Shown: positions 24,000 through 32,000 of the stretch, piece after piece | Position numbering within the stretch: position 1 is the stretch's first letter | Layout: each line of letters opens with the position of its first letter | Source of the DNA: Pseudothioglobus sp. nBUS_23 | GTDB taxonomy: Bacteria; Pseudomonadota; Gammaproteobacteria; PS1; Pseudothioglobaceae | Assembly: GCF_051201565.1 (NCBI RefSeq) | Contig: NZ_CP179200.1 | Span: 1,710,001 to 1,742,000 of the forward strand | Direction: 5' to 3' | Length of the DNA: 32,000 nt | Program-made: the position numbers and the translations under genes | The notes under the pieces: model-generated | Told to the model about the DNA's origin: nothing | What the model saw: the letters and a program-made list of their open reading frames with translations, nothing else | Database searches by the model: none

Positions 24000-24119
24000 T
24001 CTTTATCTAAATTGGGCTCTAATAAAGCCTTAATAGCTTAGAATCTCTTGTTTATCAGGCATACCGATTCAATCCAAGTATGGTAAAATTGCAAAATTTT
24101 TTGTTGGCATATACAGATT

Positions 24120-24254
24120 ATGAAAAGAACTTTCCAACCAAGCGTACTAAAACGTAAGCGCAACCACGGCTTTAGAGCTAGAATGAAAACTCGTTCTGGA
24201 CGTGCTATTCTAAGTGCACGTAGAAAAAAAGGGCGTAAGCGCTTAGCAGCCTAA
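24120..24254 (+). CDS. rpmH: 50S ribosomal protein L34
   Basis: This gene is absent from the ORF track because it is under 60 aa. Manual translation gives [44 protein letters not shown], followed by TAA at 24252-24254. It lies directly upstream of rnpA. Confidence 0.95.
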   Translation: MKRTFQPSVLKRKRNHGFRARMKTRSGRAILSARRKKGRKRLAA

Positions 24255-24258
24255 TACA

Positions 24259-24609
24259 ATGGCTAGCTCGCTTGCTCGAAGTGTGCGTATCACCAATGCC
24301 AAAGAATTCGCACATGTTTTCAAAAAGGGGCGCCATTCTCAAAGTAAATTTTGGAAAATAGTAGCCAGTAATTCTGACTACTCATTCTCAAGACTTGGGC
24401 TTGCGATATCCAAAAAAGAATACAAAAAGGCTGTCAATAGAAACCATTTAAAAAGACTAGTTCGTGAGACTTTCAGAATAAATCAAGATTACTTAGGGAA
24501 ATTAGACTATGTTGTCATGGCCAAAAAGACCCAGAGCATAAACAATACTGAAATGAAAAATGATCTGCTTGTACTTATGACAAAAGCAACAAATAGGGCG
24601 GCCTCCTGA
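24259..24609 (+). CDS. rnpA: Ribonuclease P protein component
   Basis: 116 aa and basic, with the NRNHLKRLVRETFR motif. It follows rpmH. Confidence 0.9.
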   Translation: MASSLARSVRITNAKEFAHVFKKGRHSQSKFWKIVASNSDYSFSRLGLAISKKEYKKAVNRNHLKRLVRETFRINQDYLGKLDYVVMAKKTQSINNTEMKNDLLVLMTKATNRAAS

Positions 24610-24836
24610 TGAAATTTTTGCTTCTACCTTTCATCAAATTTTACCAATGGGTCATTAGCCCTGTTTTAGGTAGTAATTGTCGTCATATTCCTACTTGCTC
24701 TGAATATACATACGATGCAATTAAATATCATGGCGCCATTAAAGGGGCTGCTCTTGGCGTAAAAAGAATAAGCAAATGTCATCCTTGGTCAGAAGCAAGC
24801 TATGACCCTGTCCCAAAAAAAATTAAAACAATTTAA
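24609..24836 (+). CDS. yidD: Membrane protein insertion efficiency factor YidD
   Basis: It has the CRHIPTCSEYTYDAIKYHG signature. The ATG overlaps the rnpA TGA by 1 nt. Confidence 0.9.
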   Translation: MKFLLLPFIKFYQWVISPVLGSNCRHIPTCSEYTYDAIKYHGAIKGAALGVKRISKCHPWSEASYDPVPKKIKTI

Positions 24837-24842
24837 AAACTT

Positions 24843-26486
24843 ATGAATACTCAAAAACTCTTTCTTTTTATTGCAATTTTTTTAACTGTTTTTCTTCTTT
24901 GGGATAAATGGGAGCTTACTCAGTCTGTAGATGAAAATGGAAATGTTATAACCCAAACACAACTAGTAAGTAATGACTCTTCAACAGAAACAAATGACGT
25001 TCCTCTTCCAAGTGATGTTCCATCAGCAGAATTGCAAGTCTCAGAAGATTCAACCCCATCAATAAATGAGCCAATTAATTCTGGTGGATACACTACAGTT
25101 GTTACAGATCTTCTAACACTTCAAATTTCACATAAGGGTGGAACAATAATCAGTGCTTTACTCAACAAATACCCTGAAACTTTGAACTCTGAAGAAAGAT
25201 TTGAGCTGTTAAGCAACTCACCAGATAGAATTTTCCATGCACAAAGTGGATTAATTCCTGCAGACCAAATGCCAACCCATCAAGATCAATACACTTCAGA
25301 AAGAGAAGAATATTTCTTAGGAGGGGAGAGTGAATTGACTGTTCCATTGAAATGGACTGATAATAATGGCGTCACTGTAACTAAAAACTTTCATTTTAAG
25401 CCCGATAGTTACGTTATCGATGTGGACTATCAAATTGACAATAACAGTTCCTCTGACCGCGTTGTTAGTAGTTACACACAGCTTGCTCATGGCGCCTCTC
25501 AAAAATCTGGCGGCTTTATGATGGGAATGCAAAACTTTAATGGAGGCGCTATCTACAACGATGAGGAAATCTTTGAGAAGATTGATTTTGAAGACTTTGA
25601 CTCTAGCCCAAAAACAACATCAATTGGTGGATGGGCAGCAATGATTCAACATTATTTCTTTTCAGCATGGATTCCAAATGAAAAAGATAAACATACATAC
25701 TCAACCAAATCTAGTAGGGACAATTTCCTTTTAACCACGGTGAATCCTAGCTCAAGAATTACTGCGGGCTCCTCTGTGAATATTGAAAAAAATCAGCTCT
25801 TCATTGGACCAAAAGAACATGTTCGCCTCGAAAATTTAGCACCTGGACTGGATAAAACAGTTGACTATGGTTTCCTGTTTATTGTAGCCAAGCCTTTATC
25901 TGTATTCCTTCACTGGATTTATAGTTTTGTTCAGAACTGGGCTATATCAATTATCTTGGTAACTTTAGCAATAAAGCTTGCCTTTTATAAACTCTCTGAA
26001 AAATCCTTTCGCTCAATGGCTGGGATGAAAAAATTAGCGCCAAGACTTCAAAAGATTAAAGAAACTTATGAGGGCGACAAACAGAAAATTGGTAAAAAAA
26101 CTATGGAGCTCTATAGAACTGAAAAAATCAATCCTGCCGCTGGTTGTCTGCCGATTCTAGTTCAAATTCCTGTGTTTATTTCAATTTACTGGGTTCTTAT
26201 AGAGATGGTAGAATTGCGCCAAACTCCTTTCTTATATCTGCCAGATTTGGCTGCAAAAGATCCTTATTTCATCCTGCCCCTAATAATGGGTGCGTCGATG
26301 TGGTTTCAGCAAAGACTTAATCCGCCGCCTGCAGATCCAATCCAAGCAAGGATTATGCAAATGCTTCCAATTGTATTTACAGTATTCTTCCTTTGGTTCC
26401 CATCAGGACTTGTATTATATTGGGTTACTAATAATATTCTTTCAATTGCCCAACAAATGTACATCAATAAAAAAATTAATGGATAA
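24843..26486 (+). CDS. yidC: Membrane protein insertase YidC
   Basis: 547 aa with an N-terminal TM segment, a large periplasmic domain, and the conserved C-terminal core (GCLPILVQIPVFISIYWVL, PSGLVLYWVTNN). Confidence 0.95.
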   Translation: MNTQKLFLFIAIFLTVFLLWDKWELTQSVDENGNVITQTQLVSNDSSTETNDVPLPSDVPSAELQVSEDSTPSINEPINSGGYTTVVTDLLTLQISHKGGTIISALLNKYPETLNSEERFELLSNSPDRIFHAQSGLIPADQMPTHQDQYTSEREEYFLGGESELTVPLKWTDNNGVTVTKNFHFKPDSYVIDVDYQIDNNSSSDRVVSSYTQLAHGASQKSGGFMMGMQNFNGGAIYNDEEIFEKIDFEDFDSSPKTTSIGGWAAMIQHYFFSAWIPNEKDKHTYSTKSSRDNFLLTTVNPSSRITAGSSVNIEKNQLFIGPKEHVRLENLAPGLDKTVDYGFLFIVAKPLSVFLHWIYSFVQNWAISIILVTLAIKLAFYKLSEKSFRSMAGMKKLAPRLQKIKETYEGDKQKIGKKTMELYRTEKINPAAGCLPILVQIPVFISIYWVLIEMVELRQTPFLYLPDLAAKDPYFILPLIMGASMWFQQRLNPPPADPIQARIMQMLPIVFTVFFLWFPSGLVLYWVTNNILSIAQQMYINKKING

Positions 26487-26496
26487 CTAGTTTATT

Positions 26497-27030
26497 ATGG
26501 GTAATAGCTCTAAAGCGGAATCAATAGCAAAAGATATCAAACTTCTAATCTTGGATGTGGATGGAGTTCTAACAGATGGTGGTATTTATTTTGACGATAA
26601 CGGCACAGAGCATAAAAAATTTGATTCCCAGGATGGTTGTGGGATTAAATTACTAGAATTATCGGGTGTTGAAGTTGCAATCATTACTGCAAGAAGCACT
26701 CGCTCAGTTGCCCATAGGCTTGAAACACTCAGTATCAAAAATTACTACCATGGGATAAAGGACAAAGGTGTTGCACTCAAAGAGCTCTCTGAAAAACTTT
26801 CTATCGATTTAAGTGAATCAGCTTTTGTAGGTGATGACGTCATTGATCTCCCTGCTATGTCAAAAGTTGCACTACCAATAGCTGTAGCGAATGCGCATTC
26901 ATTTGTAAAAGAAAATGCTCTGATGGTTACAAATAATGCTGGCGGCTCTGGTGCAGTTCGAGAAGTTTGTGACTTTTTATTAAAATCTCAAGACAAGTAT
27001 GATGACCTAATGCAGTCATTTTTAAAATGA
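26497..27030 (+). CDS. kdsC: 3-deoxy-D-manno-octulosonate 8-phosphate phosphatase (HAD family)
   Basis: It has HAD motif I, LLILDVDGVLTDG, and GDDVIDLP. Length is 177 aa. Confidence 0.8.
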   Translation: MGNSSKAESIAKDIKLLILDVDGVLTDGGIYFDDNGTEHKKFDSQDGCGIKLLELSGVEVAIITARSTRSVAHRLETLSIKNYYHGIKDKGVALKELSEKLSIDLSESAFVGDDVIDLPAMSKVALPIAVANAHSFVKENALMVTNNAGGSGAVREVCDFLLKSQDKYDDLMQSFLK

Positions 27031-27329
27031 CTAAATTCCAATCTGAGTGCTATGAGGCTCTCAAAAAAGTTCCCAAAGGAAAAGTTATTACCTATGCTGG
27101 CCTAGCTAGAATGGTAGGAAGGCCCAAAGCTCACAGGGCAGTTGGAAGTGCAATGAACAAAAACCCTTATGCACCTCAAGTTCCGTGTCATCGAGTAGTA
27201 AAATCTAATGGTGACTTAGGAGGCTTTGCAACAGATATAAAGGTCAAAATAAAACGCCTTCAAAAAGAAGGCGTAGTGGTATCAGATAATAAGATAGTCG
27301 ATTTTCAATCGACTCTTTTTGAAGCCTAA
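27027..27329 (+). CDS. Single-domain MGMT-family protein (O6-alkylguanine-DNA alkyltransferase C-terminal domain with the active-site Cys)
   Basis: The PCHRVV active-site motif is present. It is only 100 aa and has no N-terminal domain. The ATG overlaps the kdsC TGA. Confidence 0.8.
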   Translation: MTKFQSECYEALKKVPKGKVITYAGLARMVGRPKAHRAVGSAMNKNPYAPQVPCHRVVKSNGDLGGFATDIKVKIKRLQKEGVVVSDNKIVDFQSTLFEA

Positions 27330-27746
27330 CTAACGCTTTTTGCCCCTCATCTTTGTAATCATTTGTAGCTGTGCTAATGACTCAGCTAATGCAGCCTGAG
27401 TAGTTGAAAGGTCTTGATCTCCTTGAGCATTTGACATTGCCTCTTCAGCTCTTTGTTTAGCTTCTAGAGCCTTTGACTCATCAAGATCATTGGCTCGAAT
27501 TGCAGTATCAGAGAAAATTGTCACAACATCAGGTTGCACCTCAATAATACCGCCAGATACAAAAATTGACTCCATTCCACTGTCAGTTTCAACTCTAACC
27601 TCACCTGGTTTAAGCGTGCTAATCAAAGGAACATGCATTGGATAAACACCAATCTCACCCATAGTAGCGGGTGCAAAAACACATTTTGCCTCTCCTGAGT
27701 ATATTTCCTCAGTTGCACTAACTACATCAACGTGGATTACTGACAT
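27330..27746 (-). CDS. atpC: ATP synthase F1 epsilon subunit
   Basis: 138 aa, starting MSVIHVDVVSATEEIYSG, immediately downstream of atpD. Confidence 0.95.
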   Translation of the reverse strand: MSVIHVDVVSATEEIYSGEAKCVFAPATMGEIGVYPMHVPLISTLKPGEVRVETDSGMESIFVSGGIIEVQPDVVTIFSDTAIRANDLDESKALEAKQRAEEAMSNAQGDQDLSTTQAALAESLAQLQMITKMRGKKR

Positions 27747-29135
<1,389 letters not shown>

Positions 29136-29149
29136 CTATTTTGTAAACT

Positions 29150-30013
29150 TTAAACAGCTGCAGCACCAGCAACTATCTCAGATATTTCCTGAGTAATTGC
29201 GGCCTGTCTAGCCTTGTTATAAATCAATCCTAACTCTTTAATCATGTCTCCAGCATTATCTGTCGCACTATGCATTGCAATCATTCTTGAAGATTGCTCG
29301 CATGCGTTATTTTCAACTATGCCTTGATAAACTAACGCCTCAATATATCTAACCAATAATGCCCCAAGTGCCTTTTCAGCATCTGGCTCATAAATATAGT
29401 CCCAATGATGATCCATGCTCTCTTCTTCAGTAAGCTCCATTGGAACAATTTGTTTTACTGTTGGCACTTGAGTCATTGTATTTGCAAAACGATTGTAGGC
29501 AATCATAATCTGATCAATCTCACCCGAATCATATTTATCTAACATGACTTTAATTGTGCCCAACAACTCATCAAAATTAGGATTATCGCCAAGGTCAGTT
29601 AAAACTGAATTAATTTGAAGGCCTGTATTTTTGAAAAAGGATGTTGCCTTTTTCCCGATTGTGCAAAGCTCAACATCTACCTTATCAGATTGCCAATTTG
29701 CAATATCTTTCAACAAACTTCTAAATAAATTAGTGTTTAAACCTCCACAAAGGCCTCTGTCACTAGAAATGATGATAATGCCTACTTTTTTAACGTCCTT
29801 TGAAGCAGTCATGTAAGGGTGCTTAAACTCAGAGTTAGCATGCGTAAGGTGACCAATCACATTAAGAATCTTTTCTGAATATGGTCGAGATGCCTGCATT
29901 CTATCTTGTGCTTTTTTCATTTTAGAAGCTGCCACCATTTCCATGGCCGAAGTAATCTTCTGAGTATTTTGAATACTCGCAATCTGTGTTCTAATTTCCT
30001 TACCAACTGCCAT
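29150..30013 (-). CDS. atpG: ATP synthase F1 gamma subunit
   Basis: It starts [32 protein letters not shown] and is 287 aa. Confidence 0.97.
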   Translation of the reverse strand: MAVGKEIRTQIASIQNTQKITSAMEMVAASKMKKAQDRMQASRPYSEKILNVIGHLTHANSEFKHPYMTASKDVKKVGIIIISSDRGLCGGLNTNLFRSLLKDIANWQSDKVDVELCTIGKKATSFFKNTGLQINSVLTDLGDNPNFDELLGTIKVMLDKYDSGEIDQIMIAYNRFANTMTQVPTVKQIVPMELTEEESMDHHWDYIYEPDAEKALGALLVRYIEALVYQGIVENNACEQSSRMIAMHSATDNAGDMIKELGLIYNKARQAAITQEISEIVAGAAAV

Positions 30014-30019
30014 AATTAT

Positions 30020-31561
30020 TTACCAAGTATTATTAGCTTTAAAGTCATCAATTGCAGCCTGAAGCTTGGCAGCTATATCATCGTTATAGTCACCAGACTC
30101 GTTAATTTCATCCATCAAAGCTGTTTGGCTTGTATTCATATACGCCAAAAGTGCTGCCTCAAATGCAACTACTTTATTTGCTTCGATGTCATCTAGAGCA
30201 CCACTATTTGCAGCAAACAATGAAGTAGCAGTTTCAGCCACGTTTAATGGTGAATATTGTCCTTGTTTCATAAGCTCCGTTACACGCTGACCTCTGTCAA
30301 TCTGTGCTTTTGTTTCAGCATCAAGATCAGAAGCAAACTGAGCGAACGCTGCAAGCTCACGATATTGTGCTAAGTCGAGACGAATACCTCCACCAAGTTT
30401 TTTAATAACCTTAGTTTGTGCGGCACCTCCAACTCGAGATACAGACAAACCGGCATTAATCGCAGGTCTGATTCCTGAATTAAATAGATCTGTCTCAAGG
30501 AAGATTTGACCATCAGTAATGGAGATTACGTTTGTTGGAACAAAAGCCGATACATCTCCAGCTTGAGTTTCAATAATTGGTAATGCTGTTAGTGACCCAG
30601 TCTTGCCCTTCACCTCTCCATTAGTAACCTGCTCGACGTATTCAGCGTTTACCCTAGAGGCTCTCTCCAAAAGACGAGAGTGAAGGTAGAAAACGTCACC
30701 TGGATAAGCCTCACGTCCTGGCGGTCGCTTTAAAAGAAGCGAAACTTGACGGTAAGCCCAAGCCTGCTTGGTGAGGTCATCATAAACAATAAGTGCATCT
30801 TCACCCCTCTCCATAAAGTACTCGCCCATAGCGCAGCCAGCATATGGTGCAATATATTGAAGCGCTGCAGAATCAGAAGCAGATGCAGAGACAATGATTG
30901 TATGCGCCAAAGCACCATGCTCTTCTAATTTGCGAACTACAGCAGCAATAGATGAAGCTTTTTGTCCAATAGCAACATAAATACATTTAACTCCTGTATC
31001 TTTTTGATTAATAATTGCATCAATAGCAACAGCAGTTTTTCCAGTTTGACGGTCACCAATAATAAGCTCACGCTGGCCTCGGCCAATTGGCACCATTGAA
31101 TCAATCGCCTTAATTCCAGTTTGAATTGGCTGGTCAACAGATTGTCTCTCAATTACGCCTGGTGCAACAACTTCAATTGGTCTTGATGCTGAAGCTTTAA
31201 TATCGCCTTTACCCTCTAGGTCTTCTCCTAATGGATTGACAACCCTACCAAGCAACTCATTTCCTACTGGCACTTCCATGATTCGGTTTGTACACTTTAC
31301 TGTGTCGCCTTCTGAAATATGAAGATAGTCTCCCAAAACAACCGCACCCACCGAGTCTTGCTCTAAGTTAAGCGCTAGGCCAAATGTATTTCCAGGAAAC
31401 TCTAGCATTTCACCAAATTGAGCATCTGCTAGACCGTGAATACGAACAATGCCATCACTCACACTTATAACTGTGCCTTCAGTTCGAGCTTCTGCAGAAA
31501 AGTCAAAGCCCTCTATTTCTTTCTTAATTAAATCACTGATTTCAGAAGCGTTTAATTGCAT
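30020..31561 (-). CDS. atpA: ATP synthase F1 alpha subunit
   Basis: It has Walker A GDRQTGKT and is 513 aa. Confidence 0.99.
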   Translation of the reverse strand: MQLNASEISDLIKKEIEGFDFSAEARTEGTVISVSDGIVRIHGLADAQFGEMLEFPGNTFGLALNLEQDSVGAVVLGDYLHISEGDTVKCTNRIMEVPVGNELLGRVVNPLGEDLEGKGDIKASASRPIEVVAPGVIERQSVDQPIQTGIKAIDSMVPIGRGQRELIIGDRQTGKTAVAIDAIINQKDTGVKCIYVAIGQKASSIAAVVRKLEEHGALAHTIIVSASASDSAALQYIAPYAGCAMGEYFMERGEDALIVYDDLTKQAWAYRQVSLLLKRPPGREAYPGDVFYLHSRLLERASRVNAEYVEQVTNGEVKGKTGSLTALPIIETQAGDVSAFVPTNVISITDGQIFLETDLFNSGIRPAINAGLSVSRVGGAAQTKVIKKLGGGIRLDLAQYRELAAFAQFASDLDAETKAQIDRGQRVTELMKQGQYSPLNVAETATSLFAANSGALDDIEANKVVAFEAALLAYMNTSQTALMDEINESGDYNDDIAAKLQAAIDDFKANNTW

Positions 31562-31582
31562 AACAAACCTCTCTATATATAA

Positions 31583-32000
31583 TTAATTTACAGACAATGA
31601 GACGCTCAAAGCGTCAACTTTTGCCTTAATTGATGTATCAATAACCTTGTCACCCTCTTTTATGATGATGCCGCCCTTGAGAGCCTCATCAACTTCAGTT
31701 TCTACTGATACTGTTGTTTTATGTTTACTTGTTAAATCATCAATAATTGCTTTTTTCTCACTTTCACTCAATTCAAAAGCACTTATAACTTTAAAGTTCT
31801 TACTTTGATTAGAATCAGAAACTGCCATTTCAAATGAACTTACAATACTCTCAATCGCAGAAGAACGATCGTTCTTTAAAATAAGCCCAATAAATGCTGA
31901 TTCCTGCTTGCTTAGCTCCTTTGATGAGGCTTTTGCAATTAACGCAGAAATCAAATCATATTTTTGATTTTTACTTTTACCTGGAGAGGCAATAAAAGCT
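31583..32000 (-). CDS. atpH: ATP synthase F1 delta subunit (OSCP), 5' end beyond the window
   Basis: The track ORF starts at an internal TTG (31954). The frame stays open to position 32000 (…AFIASPGKSKNQKYDLISALIAK…). It lies upstream of atpA. Confidence 0.9.
   Translation of the reverse strand, partial: AFIASPGKSKNQKYDLISALIAKASSKELSKQESAFIGLILKNDRSSAIESIVSSFEMAVSDSNQSKNFKVISAFELSESEKKAIIDDLTSKHKTTVSVETEVDEALKGGIIIKEGDKVIDTSIKAKVDALSVSLSVN

Overview
This is a low-GC, very gene-dense proteobacterial chromosome segment. Intergenic gaps are mostly under 60 nt and several start and stop codons overlap. Synteny (smg-topA, rpmH-rnpA-yidD-yidC, atpHAGDC) suggests a streamlined Gamma- or Betaproteobacterium, but the taxon cannot be fixed without a database search. 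All family calls come from motif recognition in the supplied translations; no search was run.

Right half (about 16.5-32 kb) is conserved core. It holds an atypical SDR, a PlsC-like acyltransferase with an LplT-like MFS transporter, trpF-trpB, topA and smg. A 304-bp divergent gap carries one perfect DnaA box. Then come rpmH (absent from the ORF track), rnpA, yidD, yidC, kdsC, a single-domain MGMT, and atpC-D-G-A-H running off the edge.

Left half (1-16.5 kb) is an accessory-looking catabolic region and the most interesting part. A minus-strand operon of at least 12 genes starts with a MalK/UgpC-type ABC ATPase and ends with a family-1 solute-binding protein plus permease. Between them sits an enzyme set I cannot map to a described pathway: three NTF2/SnoaL-like proteins (five domains in total), a HisD-family dehydrogenase, an SDR, a bicupin, a core-MetE-like Zn protein, an alpha/beta hydrolase and an RraA-like protein. 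A LacI-family regulator in this operon is frameshifted.

Divergent from this operon is a carnitine-to-glycine-betaine module: a BKACE enzyme and an L-carnitine dehydrogenase fused to a thioesterase. It is followed by a convergent non-pyrrolysine MttB-family methyltransferase and a small cupin. A duplicated two-operator, extended -10 module with identical 54-bp operator spacing sits in both large intergenic regions and links these units into one putative regulon.

No tRNA, rRNA, CRISPR, transposase or integrase was seen.
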